From Candidatus Acidiferrum sp. (GTDB lineage: Bacteria > Methylomirabilota > Methylomirabilia > Rokubacteriales > CSP1-6), in the NCBI GenBank assembly GCA_035317605.1, contig DATHGT010000197.1:3883-67882 (forward strand): DNA of 64,000 nt, written 5' to 3'. Shown one piece after another: positions 17,990 to 32,235 of this stretch. Numbering within the stretch: position 1 is the first letter of the stretch; each line of letters starts with the position of its first letter. The notes beneath the pieces were generated by a model that worked only from the letters and a program-made list of their open reading frames with translations, made no database searches and was not told where the DNA came from. Both the position numbers and the translations under genes were made by a program.

Positions 17990-19533
17990 CAGGGACCTAC
18001 CTCCTTCACGCGCGGGGCCGACGGCCGCACTACCCGGTTGAGCGCGCTCAGGTACGCGCGGGCGCTGGCCTCGATCACGTCCGTCGACGACCCGCGCCCG
18101 GAGACCACGGCGCCGTCGAAGTCGATCTTCATCGAGACCTCGCCGATCGCGTCCTTGCCGGACGTGGCCGACCGCAGCGAGTAGTCGAGCAGCCGGCCCT
18201 TGAGCCCGGTGATGGCCTCGATGGCGACCACCACCGCGTCGACCGGTCCGTCGCCCACGCCCGAGTCCTGGAAGACCTGCTCGTCGCGCCGCAGCTTGAC
18301 CGTCGCCGACGGCACCACGCCGGTGCCGCTGATCACGTGCAGGTACTCGAGGGCGTACGTCTCCCGGCCCTGGGTCGCCTCGTCGGTGACGATGGTCATG
18401 AGGTCCTCGTCGAAGACCTCCTTCTTGCGATCGGCCAGGTCCTTGAACTTCTTGAACGCGCGATCGAGGTCGGAGCCGCTCAGGTCGAAGCCGAGGTCCT
18501 TGAGCCGCGCGGCCAGCGCGTGACGCCCGGAGTGCTTGCCGAGCACGAGCTTGTTGGACGGGCGCCCGATGTCCTCCGGCCGCATGATCTCGTAGGTGAG
18601 CTTCTCCTTGAGCACGCCGTCCTGGTGGATGCCCGCCTCGTGGGCGAAGGCGTTCTCGCCCACGATGGCCTTGTTGGGCTGCACGTGGATGCCGGTGATG
18701 TGGGAGAGCAGCCGCGACGACTTGAAGATCTCCTCGGTGCGGACGCGGGTCTCGGCGCCGAAGAAGTCCTTGCGCGTCGTGAGCGCCATCACGATCTCCT
18801 CGAGCGAGGCGTTGCCGGCCCGCTCGCCGATCCCGTTGATCGTGCACTCGATCTGGCGCGCGCCGTTCATGACCGCGGTGAGCGAGTTGGCTACGGCCTG
18901 CCCGAGGTCGTTGTGGCAGTGCACCGAGAGCACCACGTTCTCCATTCCCCGCACGCGCTCGCGGATCTTGCCGATGCGCTCACCCCACTCGGCGGGAATC
19001 GCGTAGCCCACGGTGTCGGGAATGTTGATGGTGCGGGCGCCGGCCTCGATGACCGCCGACAGCACGTCACACATGTAGTCGAAGTCCGTCCGCGAGGCGT
19101 CCTCGGGCGAGAACTCCACGTCCTCGCAGTAGGCGCGGGCGTGGCGTACCGCATCCACCGACGCCTTCAGGATCTCCGCGCGCGACTTGCGCAGCTTGTA
19201 CTTGAGATGAATGTCGGAGGTGGCCACGAACGTGTGGATGCGCGGCTTGCGGGCGTACTTCACGGCCTCCCAGCAGCGGTCGATGTCCCCCAGCCCGACC
19301 CGGGAGAGCCCGCAGATCGCGGGCGCGCCGTCCAGGGTGCCGACTTGCCGCGCCACCTCGCGCGTCGCTTCGAAGTCCTCCTCGGAGGAGATCGGAAAGC
19401 CGGCCTCGATGACGTCGACGTTCAGGCGGGCCAGCTGCCGGGCCATCTCGAGCTTCTCCATCGTGTTCATCGAGAATCCTGGCGACTGCTCGCCGTCCCG
19501 CAGCGTGGTGTCGAAGATGATGACGCGATCCAT
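17989..19533 (-). CDS. leuA: 2-isopropylmalate synthase
   Basis: [51 protein letters not shown]. Confidence 0.96.
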   Translation of the reverse strand: MDRVIIFDTTLRDGEQSPGFSMNTMEKLEMARQLARLNVDVIEAGFPISSEEDFEATREVARQVGTLDGAPAICGLSRVGLGDIDRCWEAVKYARKPRIHTFVATSDIHLKYKLRKSRAEILKASVDAVRHARAYCEDVEFSPEDASRTDFDYMCDVLSAVIEAGARTINIPDTVGYAIPAEWGERIGKIRERVRGMENVVLSVHCHNDLGQAVANSLTAVMNGARQIECTINGIGERAGNASLEEIVMALTTRKDFFGAETRVRTEEIFKSSRLLSHITGIHVQPNKAIVGENAFAHEAGIHQDGVLKEKLTYEIMRPEDIGRPSNKLVLGKHSGRHALAARLKDLGFDLSGSDLDRAFKKFKDLADRKKEVFDEDLMTIVTDEATQGRETYALEYLHVISGTGVVPSATVKLRRDEQVFQDSGVGDGPVDAVVVAIEAITGLKGRLLDYSLRSATSGKDAIGEVSMKIDFDGAVVSGRGSSTDVIEASARAYLSALNRVVRPSAPRVKEVGP

Positions 19534-19551
19534 ACGTCCCCCCTGAAGCGT

Positions 19552-20397
19552 CTACGACGATTCTTTGGTGCTCAGCTCCCCGTGCCCCGCCGCGGTGGTC
19601 CGTCCCACGACCAGCCAGCGCACCGGACCGGAGAGCGCGTAGATCCCGAAGAGCAGGAACGGAAACAGCTCGTAGTTGGTGGCCACGATCATCACCGCGA
19701 GGACGACCACGAGCAGCGTCTGCGCCGGGCGACGCCGCGCGAAGTCGATCTCCTTGAAGCTCCAGTACCGAAAGGTGGAAACCATCAGCAGCGCGGTCAG
19801 ATACGTCCCGATCGCGATGGCCACCAGCATCCAGCGCGCCGCCTCCTCCCGATGGAGCAGCAGCACCGTGGAGACGAGGACGCCGGCCCCGGCCGGCGTG
19901 GACAGGCCGACGAAGAAGCGCCGGTCGGTGACTCCCGTGTAGACGTTGAAGCGGGCCAGTCTCAGCGCGCCGCAGATCACGAACAGGAACGCGGCGAACC
20001 ACGCCGGGCGGCCGAGGCCGGCGAGCGCGAACGAGTAGATCAGGAACGCCGGCGCCACGCAGAAGGAGACGACGTCGGCCAGCGAGTCGAACTCCACCCC
20101 GAACTGGCTGGTCGCCTTCATCAGCCGCGCGACCCGCCCGTCGAGCATGTCCATGACCATGGCCACGAAGATCGCCAGCGAGGCCTCGAAGTAGCGGGAC
20201 TCGACGGTCAGCAGCAGCGCGAAGAAGCCGCAGAAGAGATTGCCGGTGGTCAAAAGACTCGGCAGCAGGAAGATCCCCCGGCCGCGCATCTTCTGACGAA
20301 GCGGCCCACGGCGGCCCCCCCCGAGACCCCGATCGATCGCGCCGGCGAAGCCGCCGCCCGACCCGGCGAGTCGCCGCTGTCGCAGCCGTCCTCTCAT
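19552..20397 (-). CDS. pssA: CDP-diacylglycerol--serine O-phosphatidyltransferase
   Basis: LPSLLTTGNL, DMLDGRVAR...SQFGVEFDSLADVVSF, RLARFN; start chosen from ATGA overlap with the psd stop. Confidence 0.92.
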   Translation of the reverse strand: MRGRLRQRRLAGSGGGFAGAIDRGLGGGRRGPLRQKMRGRGIFLLPSLLTTGNLFCGFFALLLTVESRYFEASLAIFVAMVMDMLDGRVARLMKATSQFGVEFDSLADVVSFCVAPAFLIYSFALAGLGRPAWFAAFLFVICGALRLARFNVYTGVTDRRFFVGLSTPAGAGVLVSTVLLLHREEAARWMLVAIAIGTYLTALLMVSTFRYWSFKEIDFARRRPAQTLLVVVLAVMIVATNYELFPFLLFGIYALSGPVRWLVVGRTTAAGHGELSTKESS

Positions 20398-21029
20398 CCG
20401 AGCACCCCGAGCACCGAGACCCCGCCGGTGACCCGGTCGCCCACGCGGACGCGCACGTCGGTGCCGCGCGGCATCGAGCAATCCGTGCGAGAGCCGAAGC
20501 GGATCATCCCGTAGCGCTGGCCCGCCTCGAGCTTGTCGCCCGCGCCGACCCGGCACACGATCCGCCGCGCGACGATCCCGGCGATCTGGGTCACGGTCAC
20601 CCGCGCGTGCTCGCCCTGCAGGTGGACGGAGCACCGCTCGTTCATCTCGCTCGCGTCGGCCTTGTAGGCGGCGATGAACCGCCCGGTGGTGTAGGTCGTC
20701 CCCACCACGAGGCCCCCGATGGGCGCGCGGTTGACGTGCACGTCCAGCGGCGAGAGGAAGATCGACACGCGGATCGACGGACCGACGAACGGATCGAGGG
20801 CGTCGGCGACGTCGGTCACCCGCCCGTCCGCCGGAGAGAGCACCGCGCGGGTGAGCACCGGGACTTCACGCTCGGGATCCCTGAAGAACCCGAGCGAGGC
20901 CAGCGACGCCGCCGCGAACGGCCACGCCAGCCGGCGACGGCCGGTGAGGAACAGCGCGGCCGCGGCGACGGCGGACCCAAAGATGAAGGGCCAGCCCTCA
21001 CGGGCTATTGGTATGGGGGGCCTAGCCAC
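20394..21029 (-). CDS. psd: Phosphatidylserine decarboxylase proenzyme
   Basis: IAREGWPF, FFRDPER, SPADG, IFLSPLDVHVNR, IRFGSRTD with LGS/FGS-type cleavage site. Confidence 0.94.
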   Translation of the reverse strand: MARPPIPIAREGWPFIFGSAVAAAALFLTGRRRLAWPFAAASLASLGFFRDPEREVPVLTRAVLSPADGRVTDVADALDPFVGPSIRVSIFLSPLDVHVNRAPIGGLVVGTTYTTGRFIAAYKADASEMNERCSVHLQGEHARVTVTQIAGIVARRIVCRVGAGDKLEAGQRYGMIRFGSRTDCSMPRGTDVRVRVGDRVTGGVSVLGVLG

Positions 21030-21140
21030 GGGCCCCCCAAGCCCCTCTTTCGATCACTGAAGGGCTCGGCTCGCCTCCCGAGCGCGGCTCACCTCGCACT
21101 GCCACGTCCGTCGCGCCCTGGCAAAGCCATGGCGCTCCTC
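21013..21140. repeat. Composite REP/BIME-like element (three units), overlapping the psd start and the ilvC stop
   Basis: Unit B ggggcttggggggcccgtggctaggcccccca (minus strand); unit C gctcgcctc...ctcgcactgc at 21069-21102; unit A ggcAAAgcc hairpin at 21113-21140. Confidence 0.7.
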
Positions 21141-22146
21141 AACCCATCCGGGGTGGCTGGATCCACGACATCATCGCGCGGAGCCGCTTGCCCACTTCTT
21201 CGATCGGGTGTTCGGCCTCGCGCCGCCGGGTGGCCAGGAACGAGGGGCGGTTGGCCTGATTCTCGAGCACCCATTCACGCGCGAACTGTCCGGACTGGAT
21301 CTCGCCGAGGATCTTCTTCATCTCGGCGCGGGTCTGCTCGTTCACCACGCGCGGCCCTCGCGTGTAGTCGCCATACTCCGCGGTGTCGGAAACCGAGTAG
21401 CGCATGTAAGCGAGCCCGCCCTGGTAGAACAGGTCGACGATCAGCTTCATCTCGTGCATGCACTCGAAATACGCGACCTCGGGCTGGTAGCCCGCTTCGA
21501 CCAGCGTGTCGAACGACGCCTTGATGAGGTGCGAGATGCCGCCGCACAGCGCCGCCTGTTCACCGAAGAGGTCGGTCTCCGTCTCTTCCTTGAACGTGGT
21601 CTCGAGCACGCCCGCGCGCGTACATCCCACGCCCTTGCCGTAGGCCAGGGCCAGATCCTTGGCCTTGCCGCTCACGTCCTGCTGGACCGCGAGCAGTCCC
21701 GGCACCCCCGGTCCCTGCGTGAAGAGGTCGCGCATCATGTGGCCGGGCGCCTTGGGCGCGATCATGCTCACGTCCACGTCGGGGGGCGGGACGACCTGGT
21801 TGAAGTGGATGTTGAAGCCGTGGGCGAACATCAACATCTTGCCCTTGCCGAGCCCGCCCTTGATCTCGGTCTCGAACACGTGGCGCTGGGTCTGGTCGGG
21901 CAGCAGGATCATGATCACGTCGCCCATCTGGGCGGCCTCGTTCACGGTGGCCACCCGCAGGCCTTCCTTCTCGGCCTTGGTCCAGCTCTTGGAGCCCTTG
22001 TAGAGCCCGACCACCACGTCCTGGCCGGAGTCCTTCAGGTTCAGGGCGTGGGCGTGCCCCTGGCTGCCATAACCGATGATGGCGATCTTCTTGCCTCGGA
22101 GAAGCCCGAGATCCGCGTCCTGGTCGTAGTAGATCTTGGCCGGCAT
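21139..22146 (-). CDS. ilvC: Ketol-acid reductoisomerase
   Basis: [56 protein letters not shown]. Confidence 0.97.
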   Translation of the reverse strand: MPAKIYYDQDADLGLLRGKKIAIIGYGSQGHAHALNLKDSGQDVVVGLYKGSKSWTKAEKEGLRVATVNEAAQMGDVIMILLPDQTQRHVFETEIKGGLGKGKMLMFAHGFNIHFNQVVPPPDVDVSMIAPKAPGHMMRDLFTQGPGVPGLLAVQQDVSGKAKDLALAYGKGVGCTRAGVLETTFKEETETDLFGEQAALCGGISHLIKASFDTLVEAGYQPEVAYFECMHEMKLIVDLFYQGGLAYMRYSVSDTAEYGDYTRGPRVVNEQTRAEMKKILGEIQSGQFAREWVLENQANRPSFLATRRREAEHPIEEVGKRLRAMMSWIQPPRMG

Positions 22147-22189
22147 GACTATCCTTTCCTGATCGTTATCGGTCCGTCCCCGCAATCCC

Positions 22190-22263
22190 GAGGGGCGCCA
22201 CGGCTTTGCCGGGGTGCCCCGAGCCACCCTCGGGGGTTTGGGGGGTGCGGCTCGTGCCCCCCA
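22190..22263. repeat. Composite REP/BIME-like element (units A+B), inverted relative to the 21 kb copy
   Basis: gaggggcgccacggctttgccggggtgcccc then gggggtttggggggtgcggctcgtgcccccca. Confidence 0.7.
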
Positions 22264-22268
22264 TGTGA

Positions 22269-22847
22269 TTAGTCGGCGAATCCCACGACCTTGGGGTCGT
22301 CGGAGACACGCGCTCGCTTGACGGGCTCGGCGCGACGCACGCGGGTCTTGGGCCCGCGCGCGATGGCCACCTTACCGGTCCGCACGATCTCCTGGATGCC
22401 CATGGGCCGCAGCAGCTCGATGAGCGCCTCCAGCTTTCCCTCTTCTCCGGTCGCTTCCAGCGTGAAGGAGAGCGGGGTGACGTCGATCACCTTCGCGCGG
22501 AAGATGTCGGCGGTCCTCAGCACCTCGGCGCGGTGCTGGGGCTCGGCGTTGACCCGGATCAGCACCAGCTCGCGCTCCACGTGGCTGTCGTCGGTGAGGT
22601 CGCTGACCTTGATGACGTCGATGAGCTTGTGCAGCTGCTTCATGACCTGCTCGATCACGAACTCGTCGCCGCGGACCACCAGCGTCATGCGGGACACCGT
22701 GGGGTCCAGCGTCTCGCCCACCGACAGGCTCTCGATGTTGTAGCCGCGCGCCGAGAAGAGCCCGGCCACCCGTGAGAGCACGCCGAACTTGTTCTCGACG
22801 AGGACGGCCACCGTGTGCTTGCGCGGGTCGCTCCCGTTGCCGTTCAT
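22269..22847 (-). CDS. ilvN: Acetolactate synthase small (regulatory) subunit
   Basis: [39 protein letters not shown]. Confidence 0.95.
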   Translation of the reverse strand: MNGNGSDPRKHTVAVLVENKFGVLSRVAGLFSARGYNIESLSVGETLDPTVSRMTLVVRGDEFVIEQVMKQLHKLIDVIKVSDLTDDSHVERELVLIRVNAEPQHRAEVLRTADIFRAKVIDVTPLSFTLEATGEEGKLEALIELLRPMGIQEIVRTGKVAIARGPKTRVRRAEPVKRARVSDDPKVVGFAD

Positions 22848-22848
22848 C

Positions 22849-27305
<4,457 letters not shown>

Positions 27306-27412
27306 AGGCTCGGGTCTCCGTCCGTGAGGACCGAAAAAGTCTTTCAAGACTACAGGATACCTCGCGCGAGTGTCAACGAAGCGGCCACGTCTCGCCCCCC
27401 AGGAAATGCGAA

Positions 27413-27440
27413 GGGCCACGGGTCGAACGACCCGTGGCCC
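27413..27440. terminator. Perfect GC-rich hairpin, probable terminator
   Basis: gggccacgggtcg-aa-cgacccgtggccc (13-bp inverted repeat); only a weak U-tract on the minus strand. Confidence 0.55.
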
Positions 27441-27492
27441 TGAAGTGCTGCTCTCCAGCCACGGGCCGCCTGCCCGTGGCATCCGTCGCGTG

Positions 27493-27573
27493 TTAGTCCG
27501 CGGATGCTCCGGGCAGGCCCGGCAGTACCAGGAGAATCAGTCCCAGCGACAGCGTCCGCGACATCGTGTGCAT
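27493..27573 (-). CDS. Putative 26-aa hydrophobic small ORF (signal-peptide-like)
   Basis: MHTMSRTLSLGLILLVLPGLPGASAD, between a sigma70 promoter and a hairpin. Confidence 0.35.
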   Translation of the reverse strand: MHTMSRTLSLGLILLVLPGLPGASAD

Positions 27574-27582
27574 ATCGGGATG

Positions 27583-27611
27583 ACTCTACGCGACGGTCAT
27601 AACGGTGTCAA
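27583..27611 (-). promoter_or_regulatory. Sigma70 promoter
   Basis: Minus strand TTGACA-N17-TAGAGT; the -35 box overlaps the FadR stop codon. Confidence 0.55.
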
Positions 27612-28393
27612 TCCGAAACGGGGCGTGGTGGCGGCGTCGAGGTCCTGCCGAACGCCTCCGGGCCGAGCACGAGGGCTTCGACGCCGAGCAAGTGATCGAG
27701 CATCGCCTGGCGGGCCGCGTCCTGGTCGTGCACGGTGATCGCCGCCAGGATCCGCCGGTGGCTTTCGTGCGAGCGAGTCGGGCGGCCCGGCGTGCTCAGC
27801 GATTCCTCGCGGCTCTGGGTGAGCAGGTCCATGATGCCGTGCACGAGCCGGCTGATCGCGCGATTGTGAGCCGCGGAGGCGATCGCGGAGTGAAAATCCG
27901 CGTCCTGCACGAGTCCCGTGCGGCCGGCCGTCACTTCCTTGGCCTGCTCGTCGAGGATGCGGGCCATCTCCTCCACCTCGTGCGGCGTCGCGCGGAGCGC
28001 GGCGAACGCGGCGATCGACGGCTCGAGCAGCCGGCGGGCCTCGAACAGCTCGCCGATCGCCTCGCGCTGGGACAGCATCACCAGCGCCAGCGGCTCGATC
28101 AGCGATTCCACCGAGACCTCGCGCACGAACGTCCCCTCGCCCGGCCGGATCTCGATGAGCCCGAGGCTCTCCAGCGCCCGCAGCGCTTCGCGAACCGACG
28201 TGCGGCTGACCACGAACTTCTCGGCGAGGTCGCGCTCCGGCGGCAGCTGATCGCCGCTCTTGAGCCGTCCCTCGGAGATCATCGCCTTCACCTGCCGCAC
28301 GATCGCCTCGTAGATGCGGGTCGACTTGATGGGCTCGATGCCCATCTCGCGCTCGGCCTTGGCCGCCGGTCGACGACGATCGGGCAGCGTCAT
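27608..28393 (-). CDS. GntR/FadR-subfamily regulator (GlcC/LldR/PdhR-like)
   Basis: GDQLPPERDLAEKFVVSRTSVREALRALE, RPGEGTFV, FCD domain DADFH...AAHN...H..I; alternative start at 28345. Confidence 0.93.
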   Translation of the reverse strand: MTLPDRRRPAAKAEREMGIEPIKSTRIYEAIVRQVKAMISEGRLKSGDQLPPERDLAEKFVVSRTSVREALRALESLGLIEIRPGEGTFVREVSVESLIEPLALVMLSQREAIGELFEARRLLEPSIAAFAALRATPHEVEEMARILDEQAKEVTAGRTGLVQDADFHSAIASAAHNRAISRLVHGIMDLLTQSREESLSTPGRPTRSHESHRRILAAITVHDQDAARQAMLDHLLGVEALVLGPEAFGRTSTPPPRPVSD

Positions 28394-29085
28394 AGCTTCT
28401 CGGGCACCCTCGCCCGCTTGCCCATGGCCAGCCACCAGCCGACCGCCGTCACCACGGCGCCGATGGCGATGGGCAACGGCCGGTGCAGGAACGCCGCGGG
28501 CTCGCCCAGCCACCGCACCACGATGGGATCCTCGAGCATCATCTCGGCCGCGACGTATCCCAAGAGTCCGCCTCCCAGCCACACGATCCAGATGTAACGG
28601 TTCATCAGGCGCGCGAGCAGGCCCGCGCCCCACACCACGATCGGCAGCGACAGCCCGATCCCGAACATGATCAGCGTGAAGTCCCCGTGCGCGGCCGCGG
28701 CGATCGCCAGCACGTTGTCGAGGCTCATCGTAACGTCGGCCACGACGATGATCCAGATGGCCTCCAGCAGCGAGGTGCCGTGGCGCACGTTGCCCTCGCC
28801 CTCCGCCTCGGGACGCACCAGCCTCAGCGCGATCCACACCAGCACCGCCCCGCCCACGAACTGCAGGAACGGAATCCTCAGCAGCACGCTCACGATGCCC
28901 ACGAAGATCAAGCGCAGCGCGACCGCCCCCAGGGCCCCCCACAGCTGGCCGGCGATCCGCTGTCGCCGGGGCAGCGTGCGCACGGCCAGCGCGATCACCA
29001 GCGCGTTGTCACCGGACAGGAGCAGGTTCAGCACGCTGATGCTGAGCAGTCGCAGCCAGAACTCCGGAGTGGCCAGCCAGTCCAT
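28390..29085 (-). CDS. TerC-family (YjbE-like) membrane protein
   Basis: NLLLSGDNALVIALA, IIVVADVTMSLDNVLAIAAAA, GIGLSLPIVVWG. Confidence 0.9.
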   Translation of the reverse strand: MDWLATPEFWLRLLSISVLNLLLSGDNALVIALAVRTLPRRQRIAGQLWGALGAVALRLIFVGIVSVLLRIPFLQFVGGAVLVWIALRLVRPEAEGEGNVRHGTSLLEAIWIIVVADVTMSLDNVLAIAAAAHGDFTLIMFGIGLSLPIVVWGAGLLARLMNRYIWIVWLGGGLLGYVAAEMMLEDPIVVRWLGEPAAFLHRPLPIAIGAVVTAVGWWLAMGKRARVPEKL

Positions 29086-29097
29086 GGGGCGGTTCGG

Positions 29098-30621
29098 CTA
29101 TCCGTGGGAGGCGGAGGGCGCGGCCGGGTTGGGCCGGCCGCGCAGGCGGCGCCACCACGGCGTGAGGATCGGCAGCGCGAAGAAGAAGAGCGCCGCCGCG
29201 GTGATGACGGCGGCGATCGGACGGGTCGCAAAGATCTTGAGCGACCCTTGCGACATGATCAAACTCTGCCGGAGCGCGTTCTCCGCCATGTCACCGAGGA
29301 CCAGAGCTAGCACGAGCGGGGCCAGCGGATAGTCGAGCTTCTTGAACACGTAGCCCACGATCCCGAAGATGAGCATGTACCAGATGTCGATCATCGAGTT
29401 GTGTACGGCGTAGGCCCCGATCGCGCACACCACCACGATCAGCGGGGTGAGGATCGCGAACGGGATGCGAAGGATCGCCGCGAAGAACGGGACGAAGGCC
29501 AGCACCATCAGGACCCCGATCACGTTGCCGGTGTACATGCTGGCGATCAGCCCCCAGACGAAATCGGGCTTGTCCTTGAACAGCATGGGGCCGGGCTGGA
29601 GGCCCCAGATGATGAGCCCTCCCAGCATCACCGCCGCGGTCGGCGAGCCGGGGATGCCGAGCGTGATCATCGGCAGCATGGCCGCGACCCCGGCCGCGTG
29701 CGCGGCCACCTCCGGGGCCACGATTCCCTCCAGCTCGCCCTTGCCGAACCGCTCGGGGTGCCGCGAGAACCGCTTGGCGAACGCGTAGCTCATGAACGAG
29801 GCCGGCGTGGCGCCGCCCGGCTTGAAGCCCATCCAGAAACCGATGATCGAGCCACGCACGAACGTGCGGTAGTAGCGCGGCAAGATCTTCCAGGTGTCCA
29901 GGACCACCCGCAGGTTCATCTCCGTCCGGGCGCCCTCGAAGCGCAGGCCCTCCTCGACCGACAACAGGATTTCGCCGATGCCGAAGAGGCCGATGACGGC
30001 CACGATGAAGTCGAAGCCCTTCATGAGCTCCGTGAAGCCAAAGGTCATCCGGAGCTGACCGGTCACGATGTCGAGGCCGACCGCAGCCAGGATGAACCCG
30101 ATGAGGATGGAGACCAGCGACTTGAGCGGGTTGCCGCCGCCGAGCCCCACGAAGCTCGAAAACGTCAGGAACTGGATCGCGAAGAACTCCGGCGGGCCGA
30201 ACTTGAGCGCGATCTCGGCCAGGAGGGGGGCGAAGAACGTGATCAGCACGATCGAGAAGAACGCGCCCACGAACGACGAGGTGAAGGCCGCGGTCAGGGC
30301 CTGGCCCCCCTGTCCCTGCTTGGCCAGCGGGTATCCGTCGAAGGTGGTGGCCACCGACCACGGCTCGCCGGGGATGTTGAACAGGATCGACGTGATCGCT
30401 CCGCCGAAGAGCGCCCCCCAGTAGATCGAGGTGAGCAGGATGATGGCGGAGGTCGGCGGCATCGTGAACGTGAGCGGCAGCAGGATGGCGACGCCGTTGG
30501 CGCCGCCGAGACCGGGGAGCACGCCGATGATCGTGCCGAGCGTGATGCCCACGACGGCCATGAACAGGTTGAACGGCGTCACGGCGACCTGGAAGCCGAG
30601 GAGAAGGTTCTCGATCCCCAC
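29098..30621 (-). CDS. tctA: Tripartite tricarboxylate transporter large membrane subunit
   Basis: GTIIGVLPGLG, YWGALFGGAITSILFNIPG, ATTFDGYPLAKQG, LGIPGS. Confidence 0.95.
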   Translation of the reverse strand: MGIENLLLGFQVAVTPFNLFMAVVGITLGTIIGVLPGLGGANGVAILLPLTFTMPPTSAIILLTSIYWGALFGGAITSILFNIPGEPWSVATTFDGYPLAKQGQGGQALTAAFTSSFVGAFFSIVLITFFAPLLAEIALKFGPPEFFAIQFLTFSSFVGLGGGNPLKSLVSILIGFILAAVGLDIVTGQLRMTFGFTELMKGFDFIVAVIGLFGIGEILLSVEEGLRFEGARTEMNLRVVLDTWKILPRYYRTFVRGSIIGFWMGFKPGGATPASFMSYAFAKRFSRHPERFGKGELEGIVAPEVAAHAAGVAAMLPMITLGIPGSPTAAVMLGGLIIWGLQPGPMLFKDKPDFVWGLIASMYTGNVIGVLMVLAFVPFFAAILRIPFAILTPLIVVVCAIGAYAVHNSMIDIWYMLIFGIVGYVFKKLDYPLAPLVLALVLGDMAENALRQSLIMSQGSLKIFATRPIAAVITAAALFFFALPILTPWWRRLRGRPNPAAPSASHG

Positions 30622-30624
30622 GGA

Positions 30625-31104
30625 TCAGAACCCGAGCCAGGTTTCGAGGGGGCCCTTGGGCATCGGCACCAGGAACCAGCGCTCGAAGACGATGAACGTC
30701 ACCACGGGCACGAGCACGGCGAGCGCGATCACCGCGCGCCAGTCGTGCCGCCCGACCCACCGCATGTAGAACGCGAGGTAGATCGCCCCCGAAACGTAGA
30801 GGCCCAGACCCCAGGGCAATCCGGGCGGAGCGATCAGCAGCACGAAGGCGGCCATGGGCAGCACGACCTGAAGGACCGGGCGAAGCTGCTCGCGCGTCAC
30901 GAAGCTCTGGATCGCGCTCCGGCGCAGCGCCTGAATGAGCACCCCCACTGAGGCGAGGAGGAGGAGCACGGCCAGCCAGAACGGAAAGAATCCGCTGCGC
31001 GGCCCGTCCGGGCCCCAGCCTACGCCGAGCCGGAGGGCGTCCCAGAGCACGAGACCCCCGAACAGCATCAGCACCACGGCGGTGGCGAGATCGGCGAGGC
31101 GCAT
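30625..31104 (-). CDS. tctB: Tripartite tricarboxylate transporter small membrane subunit
   Basis: GPRSGFFPFW, 4-5 TM helices, C-terminal VFERWFLVPMPKG. Confidence 0.9.
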   Translation of the reverse strand: MRLADLATAVVLMLFGGLVLWDALRLGVGWGPDGPRSGFFPFWLAVLLLLASVGVLIQALRRSAIQSFVTREQLRPVLQVVLPMAAFVLLIAPPGLPWGLGLYVSGAIYLAFYMRWVGRHDWRAVIALAVLVPVVTFIVFERWFLVPMPKGPLETWLGF

Positions 31105-32121
31105 CTATTTCTTGAGCAAGCCGCCCTTCGCCATCAGATCGCGGTGCAGCGCCTCCGCTTCCTCTACCCACTTCACGTACTCGGCCCCGCTGGCGAAGGC
31201 CGGCTTCAGCGCGCCCTGCTTGAGGTAGTCCTTGAACTCCGCGGTGTCGTACACCTTCTTGAGGAAGCCGACGTACCAGTCGACGGCCTCTTTGTTCATG
31301 CCGGGAGCGCCGAAGATCCCGCGCAGCATCAGATACTGGATGTCGATCCCGAGCGCCTCTTTGACGGTCGGGATGTCCTTCCACTCCGGATCCGGGATGC
31401 GGGCGCCGTCGAACAGCGCGAGCGGCCGGACGCGGCCGGCCTTCCAGTGGCTCACGCACTCGATCGGGTTGTTGACGGTCGAATCCACGTGCTTGCCCAC
31501 CAGGTTGACGCAGACCTCGCCACCGCCCTTGAACGGCACGTAGGTGAACTTGACATTGAGCGCATGGTCGAGCTGGACCGTGATGATCTGGTCTTCCTGA
31601 GCCGAGCCGGTGCCACCCATGATGCACTGCCCACCCTGGCGGTCCTTGCACTGCTTGGCGGTCACGGCGGCCAGGTATTCCTTCGCGGTCTTGTACGGCG
31701 TCTCCGCGTTGACCCAGAGAATGAACTGGTCGAGCGCGAGCCGCGCGACCGGAGTGAAGTCCTTCCAGCTGAAGGGAAGCCCGGTGGCGAGCGGCGTGGT
31801 GAAGAGATTCGACAGCGTGATGATGATCGAATAGTTCCGATCATCACCCTTCTTTTCCTTCACGTGCAGAAAGCCCTCGCCACCCGCGCCACCTGACTTG
31901 TTGATCACGATCAGGGGCCGGGGCGAGAGCTTGTGCTTCTCGGCGATGCCGGCGATGAGGCGGGCCATCTGGTCGGCGCCCCCACCGGTGCCGGCGGGAA
32001 TCACGAACTCGATGGGTTTGGTCGGCTCCCACGCGACGGCGGCTGCGCCAACGCCACCGACGAAGACCAGGGCCAGCGATGCCACGATCGACCACACGGC
32101 GAGACGAAGAGTCCGTTTCAT
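31105..32121 (-). CDS. tctC: TctC/Bug-family periplasmic substrate-binding protein
   Basis: Signal peptide, WEPTKPIEFVIPAGTGGGAD, INKSGGAG, YVPFKGGGE. Confidence 0.93.
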   Translation of the reverse strand: MKRTLRLAVWSIVASLALVFVGGVGAAAVAWEPTKPIEFVIPAGTGGGADQMARLIAGIAEKHKLSPRPLIVINKSGGAGGEGFLHVKEKKGDDRNYSIIITLSNLFTTPLATGLPFSWKDFTPVARLALDQFILWVNAETPYKTAKEYLAAVTAKQCKDRQGGQCIMGGTGSAQEDQIITVQLDHALNVKFTYVPFKGGGEVCVNLVGKHVDSTVNNPIECVSHWKAGRVRPLALFDGARIPDPEWKDIPTVKEALGIDIQYLMLRGIFGAPGMNKEAVDWYVGFLKKVYDTAEFKDYLKQGALKPAFASGAEYVKWVEEAEALHRDLMAKGGLLKK

Positions 32122-32165
32122 CTCAACGCCCTCCCCTTCGAGGCTTGCGGGCTCACCAAACATGG

Positions 32166-32201
32166 AAAAGGCCGGGCGCCCGCCCGGGCACCCGGCCCCT
32201 T
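32166..32201 (-). terminator. Rho-independent terminator-like hairpin between the OFOR beta gene and tctC
   Basis: Minus strand ggccgggtgcccg...cgggcgcccggcc followed by TTTT. Confidence 0.55.
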
Positions 32202-32235
32202 CGACTCAGGTCACGTGTCCGAAACCGCCCCCGCG

